Part shown: positions 1 to 58,103 of the stretch, one piece after another | Layout: every line of letters begins with the position of its first letter | How positions within the stretch are numbered: the first letter of the stretch is position 1 | Source of the DNA: Flaccisagitta enflata | Taxonomy: Eukaryota | Assembly: GCA_965153355.1 (NCBI GenBank) | Contig: OZ231126.1 | Coordinates: 7,812,001-7,876,000 of the forward strand | Reading direction: 5' to 3' | DNA length: 64,000 nucleotides | Made by a program: the position numbers and the translations under genes | Notes under the pieces: generated by a model | What the model was told of the DNA's origin: nothing | What the model saw: only the letters and a program-made list of their open reading frames with translations | The model's database searches: none

Positions 1-132
1 AGGAGACGAGTACACCGGAGCACCTTTGTGTTGCAGCTGAGTGAAGTTGTTCAACACGCACGTCGAACTAAGAACGGGTTTGAGAATGAGGAGTGCATAT
101 TTAGAAATGTGTGAGTGTGTTTGAAATAAAAC

Positions 133-179
<47 letters not shown>

Positions 180-296
180 TGTGTTGTGTGTGTGTGTTGT
201 GTGTGTGTGTTGTGTGAGTGTGTTGTGTGAGTGTGTGTGTTTTTTAACGTGAGTGTGTGTGTGTTTTTTAACGTGAGTGTGTGTGTGTTTTTTAGC

Positions 297-384
<88 letters not shown>

Positions 385-3300
385 ATGTGTGTGTTTTTCA
401 GGGTGTGTGTGTTTTTGAACGCGAGCGTGTGTGTGTGTTTTTGAGCGCGAGCGTGAGTGAGTGAGTGAGTGAGTGAGTGAGTGAGTGTGTGTGTGTGTGT
501 TCAAGCGACATGCATAAGTGTTGAAAATAGTATATGCATTCATGTACGCAAGTGAAAAGAAACGAAATTACTGCGCAGCACGATAAAGGCACAGAAACGT
601 TGTCAAATCCCATTACCTGTCGTAGCTGGGTACGATTTCCCTGTTGAATTCGGTGGGTACAGGAGCGGTGACAAAGGACGCCATCGGCTTCTTGTGAACT
701 TGATGGAATTTGCTCATCAGCGTTTTGTGTTGCTCGATGATTTCGCTTTTACTGCAAATGGTACGTGAGGGTGTAGCAAAAAGAAAGGTGAGGGTATGAC
801 AAAAACGGCAGTGTGAGGAAAAGGAAAGGAGGGGGTTGAGCGATCAAAGAGTCAAGAAAAAAAAAAGAGAGGTGTGTGGAAGTCGGAGAGGGGTGATAGT
901 GACACTTACATAGGTGATACTAATACACTTAAACGAGGGTGAACAAAGGCAATCGGATCGATTGAAGATGGAAAGATGACGGATGGATCGGAGCCGTTAG
1001 GCCTAATGTAATCATCCAATTTCCCAGTTCACAAAGGCATGAACACACGGCGCTCTTCATTGTCATGGTGCAAAAACAATTCCCTTGAGACCCACGCCGA
1101 CCGATAATACCTGCTTGACAGCAACTGCAATTCGACGTCGGCCAAGATCGCGTCCAAAGTTTCCGTCTCTTGCGTCAGTAAATTTCTTTGCCCCGTCAAC
1201 GTCAGCAATTTGCTCTTCAACTGCGACTCCAACCGGCCGATCATCAATTCAACTGTATTTGAGAAGGAACAAATTAAATTTCAATGAAGCCCAAGTAATG
1301 TAAACAATTTACAAACAGGCTGTAGGCCTTGAAGATGTCAGGTCTTTTTTCATTATCAACGAATATTTGGATGGCTCCTCATAAACCAAAGACAAAGAAG
1401 GCCACGTCAACGACCAATAAATTATGCCGCGAGAATGACTGGTGTAAGACGGCCGAACAGAACCAAAAGTTTGAAGGAGTATGCGGTAAGGGGTAGGGGA
1501 TAAGGTAAGGAGTCAAAGGGGAAACGCGACCAATAACCAATTTCACCTGCATTTCTGATCTCGCGAACGCGTTCTTCTTTGGCGGCTTTGACAGACTCGA
1601 CGTTCCTCTCGACGTCTTGCACGAGCGAAATCAACTCCACGTGACGACGCTTCAACTGAGTCACCTGAATATATAAAGAAAAGAAGGGAGGAAGGAGTGG
1701 AATGGATCCTGCAAATGGGTCATCTGGGCGAGAAGAGAATTTAAGGCTAAGAAGAGGAGGAGGAGGAGGAGGAGGAGGAGGAGGAGGAGGAGGAGGAGGA
1801 GGAGGAGGAGAAAACAGTACCATACAGACACTCAGCCTAGAAAAATAGAATAGGCTGGATAAACGGCCAATAAAGGCAATAAGTAATTTTTTGCGGGTGC
1901 GCAGAGGCAGTCATGCGGTGGAACTGGTCAGGGGCATCGCAGAGCAGGGCCGGGGCTGTAATGTGGCCAGGTAGGGACAGTAATGCCCAGATATCACAAT
2001 TTCAGTCGTTTTCGCGTCATCCAAAACTTTGCGTCACGGACATTCCTACCTACATACCTACTGGGGACACACCCTCTCATAGAGTGGCTTAGCCAGCGAC
2101 TAAAAATAGCAAGCGAACCTGAGCTCCGTCACAACGCTCAAATCCTGAAGTTAGATATTGACATTTTCTGCTTGCGGGACACAAGTTATATACAAAAATC
2201 ATAATAACATTTTTAGTAATATAAGTGTACTTACATAAAAAGACACCTAAACAAACATTCCTTGTAGGCAGGTAGCCTTACAGCGAGAAAAAAAGCCAAG
2301 AAAAACGACCTGTTCCTCACCGATGAATATTTAGATATTAGCACAACTTTGACTTGATTGAACGGGTATTTATAATTGAGGTCCCCTTGAGTTTCCGAGA
2401 TATGTTATTGAGGAGTAAAAATGCTGTCTGAAACTGTTTTTGTTACAGATTTTCTCCGATGGTAACTCACCGTAAGTCCGTAATCATCATTTCTTTGAGG
2501 TAAGGTAAAGCATAAAAATAAAGAAAATCGCAGATTCTGTTTTGAACTGCAGAAAAGATGACCATGCAGAAAACGATCTTTTCTACACTGTCATCGTTTA
2601 AATATATTAGGCTAGTTTGTATGAAAATGGATAATGGCTTAAATTTTTTTTTACAAATAGTATTATGAATAACTTATGAAGGGATTTCTGTATGAAAATG
2701 ATGATTGACAGGATACAAAATTTTCGCTACCCCATACTACTAAAAAGGCGATCAGACACGGGACTCAGGGGAGTTCCATTCTCTAGTAACGACAGATACA
2801 CAGAAGTACAGACACACCAACAACAACAACTACTGCAGCAACATAAATGCGCGCTTTCTGCGGTTTCAACTCGAGCGTGACGAACAGACGGACCAACGGA
2901 CGGACAAAGCTCTGATAGAGTTGCGTGTCCGCAACTAAAAAGAAATGCAACTAAAACCTGCTCTTGGACGTTAGTGAGATGTTGGTCGTAGACTTCATCG
3001 AGCGGTTTGAAAGTGTGTCCCGAGTGTTGGCCGGCCCAAAGAGCGCATTGATGACAGATGCACTGATGACATGTCCAACAGTAGACCGTCAGTCGCTCCC
3101 CTTCGTGCGCCGTGCACGCGTCGCGGCCAACTGACGAGGCTTTGCCGCCGCCAGTGGCTCCGACGCCGCCGCTAGCTCCAAGGCCGCCGCCGGAATGAAG
3201 CTGCAGAGTGTCCAATTGCTGCGTGACTTCCTCCGCCCACCGACAATTGACCAGCTCGTGGAGATGAAGAGACGCTGAAAAGGCGAAGAGAGAGAGAGAG

Positions 3301-3716
3301 AGAGAGAGAAAGAGAAAGAGAAAGAGAAAGAGAGAGAGAGAGAGCGAGCTGCTAATTTCAGTATATTGGGTAAATTGGATAAGCTCCAGAACGTTCACGT
3401 AGCAGGTACAACAATCGGACAAGCCCGCGAACAATTGAACATGAATAATGGGACATTTAGTGATTGAAACTGACGAGAGCTCGGCATTCGCTAACCTCAC
3501 TCAGTGTCCCAAATCGCGCAGAGAGAGAAACGCAGAGGAACGTAACTTACCCCGACAATGCGGGCATTGAGATCTTTGTTCGGTCAGCCATCTTCGTATG
3601 CAAATAAAACAGCAGAGTTTTGAGCAATGGGGACAAAGACGAGCGTCTCGAAGTTTTTCCATGCAAATGAAGCAACGGAACACTTCCGCCAAACTCTCCA
3701 CGCTCGGCTCCTCCAT
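1..3716 (-). CDS. TRIM37: E3 ubiquitin ligase TRIM37 (RING, B-box, coiled coil, start of MATH); 5' part, continues beyond window start. Exons 3716-3551, 3274-2958, 1664-1547, 1252-1111, 751-617, 67-<1
   Basis: Spliced translation [36 protein letters not shown]...[20 protein letters not shown]...CICHQCALW...[14 protein letters not shown]...[15 protein letters not shown]...[14 protein letters not shown] closely matches the TRIM37 N-terminus as recalled. All five introns are GT-AG with compatible phases. Confidence 0.95.
115..500. repeat. (GT)n/(GAGT)n microsatellite in a TRIM37 intron
   Basis: Direct inspection. Confidence 0.95.
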
Positions 3717-5458
3717 CCTCTCGTCGACGTGCGTTTCCAGAGGCTCCAACTAGATGGACGGATGTGTTGCCTGCGCGGGAACATCCAAACCCGATCGTAA
3801 TCAAGTCGTCGATTTTAAAGAAGGCGCCGATACAATAGATGGATGGACACACTGATGGGTCAATGACTTGTCAATGACATTATCATCTCATTTTCACGAG
3901 TTTTTTTTCGGGAGTTATCATGTTCAAGTTCAAGTTCAAGTCAATGATTGAAATTCCTTATTAAGTCGCCGCAGTTTAAAATAAAGCACTAATGAGAATT
4001 TAGAGAGAGAGAAATAGAGAGAACTGTATATGAGCAGTAAAACTATAACTTAAATAAAATAAATAACCGTATACAACGAAATTTCTAAAAAAATAAGTAA
4101 GGACTTATTTACAAGGTATAATAACTAGCGGAAGCTAGAGCACGAACCCCCTAAAAAACAGGCGCGAATTAATGGGGAGGGGAGGGGGGAAAGAAAGATG
4201 GGGGAGGGGGATAAGAAATGGGAGGAGAACATGCATCAAACAATTGCATATATTATGGTCATGGACTATAAAAATCCAGATATGCCCATGAAATTCAGTT
4301 CCGTTCACTATCAACATCCATTCATTCTGTCAAGTTTGTATCAAAAAGAATGAGTACCATGAGAGGAAAGGAAAGGGGAAGGGGGTGGGGTTGAAGGGAG
4401 GTGGGGTTGAAGGAAATAGGGGATTGGATAACGCAATAATAGTACGACAAAAGCTCGATCAACTACAATAACGTAACAAACTACATCAAACGAAATAAAA
4501 GAGGGGGTGGTCTAAAGAGGGAAAGGGAGAAACACTAGTTTCATTTTGTGTGTATAGAAAGGTCACTTTGAAGTTTAAAGTTATCAGGTAAAGTTCACCA
4601 TCAGACCAAAGAAGAGGGGCATTGGGAATCAAAGAAAACTGTCATTATTACAATACGGGTCTGAGCAGGTTGATGCGCGAATGTGGGATAGGAGGGCCGC
4701 AAATCTTTTTGGGGGGGCGGGGGAGGAGAGACAGTAGACATGACAGCCTGGACAGTGGACATTGACCGGCGGAGATGCCTATCAACAAGAAGTTCCGAAT
4801 CTCAAGGGATCGACTGCGCCAAACAACATGACTTAGGGTCTGCCTTAAAAATCAAGCCTTGATTCTTCCCATTAACCCATTCACTAGATAACATGGCTCG
4901 CTACATGGCATTGCTTGAGGCACTGTCCCTCCAAAATGACGAATTGGTCCATCAATGCGCCATTCATGACATGTCTCACAGACATGGCATTCTTTTAAGA
5001 GACTGCTCCATAAAGGAGGAGTTGATCAATCTATGCACGCCCCACTGACGACATAACATGACATTTCATCTCCGCTCGTGCATCGAATTTCGAGTTTCCT
5101 CAGGCATAACAATAAATTAGCACGTCAATTACAAAGCGAGAAGCGCAGAAATTCTGGAGACGCAACAAAGTAAAGACGCATTTGTCAATTGAAAGCGACA
5201 CAGATTTCAAAAAGGCGTGTCAAGTTCACGTTGCACGAAATTCATCCGAATTCAGGAGACGCAGCCCAAGTCATAATCATGATAATAATTAATAAATCTT
5301 TTTTATAAAAAACTTGAGGCCCCACATTCCCCCCCACCCATCAACGTGTGTTTCAAGAGCGACGGCTCCCTCTGTCCTCGAGTAGACTTCTAGCATTTCC
5401 CTTAAGTATAAAGATTTATCATTTAACATATTTCCCGATGAAAAATTTCCAGCAAATC

Positions 5459-49411
<43,953 letters not shown>

Positions 49412-49964
49412 GGTCGCTTTTCAACGCCGGACGTCGATTTCCTCTTGACGACCAGCTGCAACTAAACTCCCTCGACGACCCGTTGCAACTTCACTGCCCC
49501 GACGACCAGCTGCCACTTCACTCCTTCGGCGACTCGCTGCAACTTCACTCTCTCAACGACCCACTGCAACTTTGGGCTTATGATCTACGCCACTTCCGGA
49601 TTTTGGAAGAGAGCTGAGGTGGCGTCTATTTTCTTCTTCCTAGTCGTTTTGTCATTTACTATCGATGTTACGGCGTTTCACGGCATTTCGTTATCGTTCA
49701 TGTCGAGGTTTAAGCGTATCAAAACTCAACACATTGGTCACATACACTGGATATGTTTATTCGCGTGTGAATCTTGCAGGTTCTAGCCGCGAGGAGGGGA
49801 AAATGCCCTTCAGACGTCAGTACTTCAGTCCCGAATTGGCTCATCAGATTGTGCGTTCTTGTCACAGCACCGACTAACAGGATCAGGAGAGGTCTTTGCC
49901 GTACCGATTAACATAGGAGGACAGGTCTTAGCCATTCTCGCCTCGTCCCGCGACAGGCCTACTA

Positions 49965-50733
49965 CACGCTTTTCATTTTATAAGAACATGGATTTTTGAA
50001 GTCAGCCTCAGCGTTCTTTTTTTTAGCCCTGTTTTCAGGCTCAAGCGTTCTTAACATGTTTTTATTTTAAATCAGATAATTTCTTTATAATTACCGTATT
50101 TCCTCTAATTAGCACCTGGGGCGCTTACAAAATTGAAAAATAACATTGTCTTTTTCACCTCCTAATTAGCGCCCCCTGTATCATTTCAGACTAAGAAAAA
50201 AATACTGAAAAATTAAAGTAAAAAAAAAGATTTAGGATAGGGAGAGATAAAAATATGTGATTTCAACAGGAATATCTACATATGAAGTTAAAAAGATTCA
50301 AAAAAACAATGATAATCAGTATATTTGTAATGTGTATCTTTGGTTTTCGATGGAAAAAACCACTTATATAAGAAGGATTTTTTCAAAAGAGGGGGGGGGC
50401 GCTAATAAGAGGAGGGGTGCTAATTAAAGGAAATACAGTGTATACTTATATTTATATAATGATTTGTTATAATAAACAATTATAAAGAAACATCTTCATT
50501 GAATAAAAAGAAATATAAGATTCATATTCATTAAATAATGAATTATCATTTTAGAAATTATTATCAAAATGTCCATCATTTAGAGTTTTTCATCTAGTTT
50601 TACAAGTTTTTTGAAAAACTATATTCTTATCTTCAAATCTGAGGCTCAGCATGTTCTTAAAATGTTCTTATTTTTTGGCCAAATCTGAGGCTGACGTTCT
50701 TATAAACAGTGTTCTTATAAAAAGAAAAGCGTG
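49965..50733. mobile_element. TA-TSD MITE containing a nested pogo/Tigger-like MITE at 50094-50438
   Basis: TA|CACGCTTTTCATTTTATAAGAACA ... TGTTCTTATAAAAAGAAAAGCGTG|TA; inner TA|CCGTATTTCCTCTAATTAGCACC ... GGTGCTAATTAAAGGAAATACAG. Confidence 0.8.
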
Positions 50734-51195
50734 TATCTCTCCAGCTACCGACGATCATTCCGATGACATAACTTGACTTATCTTTAATGAAAACCTTTGA
50801 GCACAAAAAAATCACACTCGTTAAGCTTGGGGATAGGAGAGAGATAGCGGTATTAGTAGTACATCTGAGCTTATCGGAGGAGAGGAAGAGGTGAGCGTGT
50901 GACTTTTGAAGGGAGACGAGTACTGTTGCATTTTGATGAGGTCGTTGATCCGTGATAATGATGATGATCAGAAGAAGAGTATCGTAACATCGTCGTCATC
51001 GTCATCGTCGTCGTCGTGAGCGGGAGTCCTTGTGGTATTTCCATTTCAGCGAAATTTTGTCTTCTTTTTTCTTTCAGTTGCTGGACGAGTTTTTTTACTC
51101 TCTCTGTGTAGAAGGAGATCTCAGATTTGGCACTTGAACAACAGGAAGAAGAAGCAAAAGAATAGAAGTCCGCGACGTCTAGTGTTGAAGGGGAT

Positions 51196-51354
<159 letters not shown>

Positions 51355-52836
51355 CAACTGTAGATGACTCTGTTGGCATTGGGACATGACAAAAGGTGCC
51401 TTCCACTTTTCTTCCTCACAAATTATCAATAATATCAATATCAATATCCTTGGTCCTATGCAAAAGCAACAAAATTGAAGGGGGACTCCGCCAAAATCTT
51501 CCAGGGGTGAATAAAATTGAGTGGCTTTTGATTCTATCCCCCCCCCTGGCCCCTGCATTTGATTTTTTTCCCCGCGACACAATGTTGCGTTACAAAATCT
51601 TCGATTTTTTACCCTCAAAGCTATAAAATAGTAAATTTTAAGTTTTAATAGTGTTAAATTGTGTTGTTGTAATTACATTTTACCTTTAAGTACTGCCAAA
51701 TTTTTTTTTTCTTTTCTTCAAGCTTTTGATATTCATCCCCATCTCCAAACCATTTGAATTTATTCCCCCCCCCCCGTGGTACTCAACATTATACACGCCT
51801 GAAATCTTTTTCTGTAGTATTTCGTTTCCAAATAACGCGGAGTCTTTTTGCATAACAGTCTTTTTGCAAAACAACATTATTGAAGGATGAGGTGAATTTA
51901 GATTAAAACCTCTAATTGATAATTAGCGTGTCTAGCTACAGGAGTAAGAGGTAGATTTCACTCAAGATACCAAGCTAGCGATAGACAAACCGACAAACCA
52001 ATCGGCTTCAAGAACTCCTCCTACGATGGCCGCGGGCAAGGGCAGGTCCATTGGTCGCAAAAGGCCTTCTTTTTAGTCGGTGCGTTGCTTGATGAGGTTG
52101 ACATGTCCGGGGGCAACACGACGCCGGCAACACGACGCCGGCCACCAACGCCACGACGCCGTAACGAGCGGTAAACGCCGATAAAGCGGAGCAGACAATA
52201 ACAACAACAAGAGAAGCGCCAGTTGAGAGTGCAAGAAGGAAGAGGGGGAGGAGGAGGAGGATGGGTGCAACACGTCCTAATCAAAAGTTTTCGCCTTTTT
52301 GAATGTTGATCATTTTCTTATAAGCTTCCTCTTTTTCCTTGAGTTTCATAAACAGAATCTCTCATCATAACCAGTCTTTCATCGCGTGAGCAAGTCATTA
52401 CGACATTACGTAAACAAGACTGCCAATGTGCAATCAAGCTTATCTTAAATCACAGTTTGGGATAGCCCGGCAAATTGAGTATCTGTTACACTTCACTTCT
52501 TCGATGATTTGATGACGATTTTTTCTTCTGAAGGCCTAAATTAGAAATGAAGAAAATATTAAAAAAAGTTTTCTTTGCATATTTTTGTCCTGGATCGTAA
52601 CCCCAACCCCACCACTTAAAAAAGTATAATTCACATGTTTCCATCGCGAATCCGTCCATAATGCCATCCCTAGGCTAGAGCCTAGCCCCAAGACAAATCC
52701 CACCCGTCACCCATTTCGTGAAACGATCAAATGTGTAAGACTACGGTGCGTTTGTATGTTTTTATGCATGTATGTTTGCTTGTATGTATGCTCATTAGTC
52801 GTCATTTATCTAAGTCCCGGTTGTCCTCATAAGAAC

Positions 52837-53593
52837 TCAAGTGGTTCCATGGCCTTGTTCACTCGTTGGACCGACGTAGTTTTTGGGACGATAAGGTACC
52901 ATGGGAGCATCGGGGATGAAGGGACACGTCAACGGGCGCTTCTTCAGCGATTCGAACAAAGTTTTGTCCCTTTTGGCGCACACGTTGAGATTCTTCTCGA
53001 TGTCCGTTGACTTGACATTGTGGAAAGGCGAGTCTTCGTGCTTCAACCAATGCGTCATCGGTCTGCGAAAAGGAAGAGGACATTTTTGGACCATAAACGT
53101 GTATGTAGATCTCTTGGTAATAAGCTAGTAATTTGCGTTATTTTGGTCCATCGTATTTAACATAGGCATGTTAAAACAAACATTGCTCTACTGCAAGTCT
53201 GCAAAAGCTCTCGGGTCTCGACCACTCCAAAACCACCACCACGTTACGGGATAAAATCACACCCCCCGACCCACCAAACACATACGACCCAAAATGCACA
53301 CCGATTTGTCGAGGATATGGGCTCTGTTCCTTCTTTCGCCACCACGACGCTAAAATCAGGGCCGTCGCCGATCGGGACACGAACCAGCGTGACGGGCCGC
53401 AGATGATTGAGGTTAAGATGAGCGGATGTGATCCTCACTTCACCCGGCAGACGGGAGCCCAGAGCGAGGAAGTCAGCCAGCGCGTCCGTGACTGGCAGAG
53501 GGCTCCAGACGTCACTTACAAGCGTCTTGTCGTTTATGTCTCTGTCAAAGTCTATTCCGTCATTGAAAACGAATCGTCCGACGATTCTCCCGG

Positions 53594-53625
<32 letters not shown>

Positions 53626-53798
53626 AATTGCCGGGGAGTCTTACCCGGAGGGAAAGTGTACAGATTCGGCTTCTTCGAGAGGCCATACGGCCACCACATT
53701 GGGCTCACGATTCTCCCGGTCGTCCTCATAGGCGAATCTCCATTTCTGCCTTCTTTAGGCCATTTCCATGGATCAACAGAAAGCACCCTCCAAAACAT
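52837..53798 (-). CDS. Uncharacterised ~240-aa protein, two exons 53798-53302 and 53062-52837
   Basis: Two adjacent coding-like ORFs join in phase 2 (AATCG|gtgtgc ... cttttcgcag|ACCG). No domain recognised. Confidence 0.55.
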
Positions 53799-54035
53799 GT
53801 CAATTTGAGAATTCGATTTCAGCCTTTGAACAATACATCATTGGAAAGCCCGTCGAATTTTGATTAAGAAAACAACCTTCGTTAACCTTAGCGGGGTGTC
53901 GTATAAGCGTAAATCCCTAATCCATGTAAGACTTCATATCATCAGTTTTGTGAAAAAAATGCTGAAATCTGAGATAAAGGTAGGTAAAGAGATGGACAAA
54001 GCTACGAAACTTTGAGAGAGGAAGACGAGATCGGT

Positions 54036-55552
54036 GAAGAAGAAGAAGAAGAAGAAGAAGAAGAAGAAGAAGAAGAAGAAGAAGAAGAAGAAGAAGAAGA
54101 AGAAGAAGAAGAAGAAGAAGAAGAAGAAAAAAAAGAAAAAGAAGAAGAAGAAAAAAAAGAAGAAGAAGAAGAAGAAGAAGAAGAAGAAGAAGAAGAAGAA
54201 GAAGAAGAAGAAGAACTACAGGTGCCATACTTGAGGTCACTTGATCATTTGGGCAGGACCAGTGAGGCTAAAGACTGCAAAAACCCCTGCAAAAAAGTAG
54301 TGTGATGGACGACCAATGGCACGCGACTTGTAAAAAAGTCAGTTGTAGAAGCAGGGTAAAAGAAAAAAAAGAAGACAAGAAGAAGATGAAGAAGAAGAAG
54401 AAGAAGAAGAAGATGAAGAAGATGAAGAAGAAGAAGAAGAAGAAGAAGAAGAAGAAGAAGAAGAAGAAGAAGAAGAAGAAGAAGAAGATGAAGAAGAAGA
54501 AGATGAAGAAAAAGATGATGAAGAAGATGATACAGAAGGAGGAGAGCAGGGAAATGGAAGGATTATCAAAGATTTTCGAATCAAAATGTAATAATCCATG
54601 TTTCTCAAGTCTCTTCAGTTTATCTGGTTTTGAGCCTCTCTCTCTGTCTGTTTACCTGTCTTTCTGTTTGCTTGTCTGTCCTTGTATCGCAATCTAAAAC
54701 CCAAGATGTATTGATTCAAATTTTTCTTTTTTAAACTAGGAATGGTGCGCGTTATAAGTTATTAAATAGTCAGTGAGGGCTCACAAGGCCCTCTGCCGTT
54801 TATTTCAGTTTGGGTATAGTGAGGGATATTGTTTAACTTGTCATTCTATACCGAGTTGTAGAATGGAAAGAATATATCAAATAGTCACAAAAGAAGGTAC
54901 AATAATGTAAGTGGGGCTATGGCATTTGAATTAAACCTTGAGAAAACAAGGCTGGATACACGGCTACCGAAGTCGCGTGCGGTTGGGCAGGGGCCTATTT
55001 GAGGTCACCAGACCATTTGGGCAGGAGCAGTGAGGTCAAAGAAATAAAATCATAAAAAAAGTAAAGGGTGACCGACCAACCGACCGACCGACCGACGGAC
55101 AAAGCGGGTTGTAGAGTTGCGTGCACGCGACTTAAAAAACATGCACAACCTACCAACCTCTTTTTCTTGACTTATTCATTGTCATCATCGTCGTCGTCGT
55201 CTTAGTTATCATCGTTATTGTAATCCTCGTCATCTTTGTCATCAATATCATCTTCGCATTTGTCTTCATAGTCACCATCTTCATTTTTTTCTTCTTCTTC
55301 TTCTTCTTCTTCTTCTTCTTCTTCTTCTTCTTCTTCTTCTTCTTCTTCTTCTTCTTCTTCTTCTTCTTCTTCTTCTTCTTCTCCTTCTTCTTCTCCTTTT
55401 TCTTCTCCTTTTTCTTCTCCTTTTTCTTCTCCTTTTTCTTCTCCTTTTTCTTCTCCTTTTTCTTCTCCTTTTTCTTCTCCTTTTTCTTCTCCTTTTTCTT
55501 CTCCTTTTTCTTCTCCTTTTTCTTCTCCTTTTTCTTCTCCTTTTTCTTCTCC
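54036..55552. repeat. Cluster of (GAA)n tracts (54036-54214, ~54370-54530) and (CTT)n/(TTCTCCTTTTTC)n tracts (~55290-55552)
   Basis: Direct inspection. Confidence 0.9.
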
Positions 55553-56194
55553 TTTTGGGCAGCGGGCCCGAAGGGGCCGATGACCTATGCTTTCACACAT
55601 AGGGGAAATTTCTCCTTCTTCTCCTTCTTCTTCTTCTTCTTCTCCGTCCCCCCCCCTCAAGGCCCAAATCTTAGTCTTGAGACCCAAATCCTAGCGTCGA
55701 GACCCAAATCCTAGCTTCGAGGCTCAAATCCCGGCTTTGAAGCTCAAATCCCAGCCTTGAGGCTCAAATCTCAGTCTCCAGGCTAAAACCCCAGCCTCGA
55801 GGCTCAAATCCCAGCCCTTAGGCTCGAATCCCAGTCTCAAGGCACAAATCGCAGCCTTGAAGCTCAAATCCTAGCCTCAAAGCTCTAGTACCAGCTTCCA
55901 AGCTCAAATCCCTGCCCCGAAGCTCAAATCCCAACCTCAAAGCTCTAATCCCAGCCTCGAAGCTCAAATCTCAGCCTTGAAGCTGAAATCCCAGCCTTGA
56001 AGCTGAAATCCCAGCCTCAAGGCCCTAATCCAAGCCTCAAGGCCCTATTCCAAGCCTCAAGGCCCCAATACCAGCCTCCAGACCCTAATTCCATCCTTGA
56101 GGCCCAAATAACAACAGCATAGGTCATCGGCCCCTTCGGGGCCGCTGCCCCTCTAACCACCTCACACCAACATATACTCACATAGGGGCAACGG

Positions 56195-56709
56195 TTGCCC
56201 GCTTCACATGGCAAAAAATTTGATTTTCTTCTCGTTCCGCTAACCCAATATGGAGTGAAAATAATCATGAAGATGACCGTTTTCCTTTTCTCAAAATTCC
56301 TTCATCTTCCGTTTTTGTTTTGGCTTTAAAGTTTCCTCAGATTTCTCAGAATTCAGCAAAATCCTGTGTAGTCTCGTTACAAAAGGAACAATTGTTTGTT
56401 TTAGAAAATCATGATTTCTGTAAAAATAAATCAAAATATCAGAGCATAAGTTACGAAAGAGCTTGTGAAAAAGCAGATTTACAATTCTTTAAAAAGCAGA
56501 AATTTGTAAAAGCTTATTCAAAGAAGATCAGCATATCTTTTTATCCCACTGCAATATACAAATTAGGCTCTCGAAAACAATTTTCTAAAAAACGGAAGAT
56601 GAACGATTTTTGATAAAAGAAATATGGTAAGGGTCCTAAAATTAGCCTCTCCACATTAGGTAAAGAGAACGAAAAGAAATAAGCAACTTTTGCTATGTGA
56701 AGCACCCAA
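56195..56709. mobile_element. 515-bp TIR element with a 9-bp TSD (Mutator-like TSD length), inserted in a HINE copy
   Basis: GGGCAACGG|TTGCCCGCTTCACATGGCAAAA ... TTTTGCTATGTGAAGCACCCAA|GGGCAACGG; host 3' end resumes after the TSD. Confidence 0.75.
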
Positions 56710-57596
56710 GGGCAACGGGTACCGCTGACCATCTAACGCTTTTGCGACTATTTCTTCTCCTTTTTCTTCTCCTTCTTCTTCTTCTTCTTCTTTTTCTTTT
56801 TAGTCGTGTGCGACGCTACTCTTCACCCCGCTTTGTTGGTCCATTGGACTGTCGGTCGGTCCATCGGTTGGTCCGTCCCGCACACTATACTTTTTTGGGT
56901 TTTTGTGGTCTTTGGCCTCACAGCTCCTGCCTAAATGATCAAGTTACCTCAAACATTGCCCCTGCCCACCCGCACGCGACTGGGGTAGCCGTGTATCCGG
57001 CCTTATTCTGTTACTTCCTCTTCTCCCTTCTCTTCATACCTAGAATTTAGGTCGATAGAATCGCATCGGCTCGCACGCTTTTTGGGCAGCGGCCCTGAAG
57101 GGGACTAAGTCCTGTAGAATACAGGGGGACTTTTGTTTATCTGAAATCCGCTCTCTAAGGCCTGAAATCTTACCTCTCAGGCCTGAAATCTGCCCTCTCA
57201 GGCTTTGAATCTGCCCTTTCAGACATGAAATTTGCTCTCTCAGGTCTGAAATCTGTCCACTCAGGCCTTAAATCTGCCCTCTCAGATTCAAGGCCTGTGA
57301 GGGCAGATTTCAGGCCTGAGAAGGTAGATTTCAGACCTGTGAGCACTGATTACAGGCTTGTGAGGGCCTGGGAGGGACGGATTGATGGATGGAGGAACAA
57401 AAATCCCCCAGGACTTGGTCCCTTCGGAGCCGAAGCCCTGCTTCCTCTCACTCCAATTCTCAATCATGCAAAACAGGGCAACGGGTATCGCTGACCACAT
57501 CCTGCCCTATTTCTCACTTTACCGAGGATCTGAAAAGAAAGTGTCCGACTTTGTTTGTGAGCCACTTCGTTTTTGTTTCTTTTTCTTGTTGATGCG

Positions 57597-57660
<64 letters not shown>

Positions 57661-58103
57661 CGTTGTCGTTGTCGTCGTCGTCTTATTAGTTTTGTATTAG
57701 TTATCAATGTCGTCTTTTTCATCACTATCCTCATCATCATCATCGACGTCATCATCATCGCCGTCGTCGTCTTTGTCGTCGTCTTTATCGTCGTCTTTGT
57801 CGTCGTCGTCGTCGTCGTCATCATCATCATATTAGTTTTGACATTGTTATCAATGTCGTCTTTGTCATCGTTATTATCTTCGATTTTTTTCTTCTTCTTC
57901 TTCTTCTTCTTCTTCTTCTTCTTCTTCTTCTTCTTCTTCTTCTTCTTCTTCTTCTTCTTTTTCTTCTTCTTTTTCTTCTTCTTCTTTCTTTTTCTTTTTC
58001 CTCTTCTTCTCTTTCCTTCTTCTCTTCATAATTGGGAAACAGGGCCAATCGAATCGCAACGGCTCGCGCGCTTCTTTCTCAATTTACAGAGGATCTGAAA
58101 AGA

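Noticed and set aside
3717-5458. SNRK-TRIM37 operon or trans-splicing (1.7-kb gap, acceptor-like site at ~3750)
   Set aside because: An ordinary 5' UTR intron or compact promoter explains it equally well; no sequence evidence separates them.
53917-55687. Poly-E/K/L/S ORFs
   Set aside because: (GAA)n/(CTT)n microsatellite artefacts.
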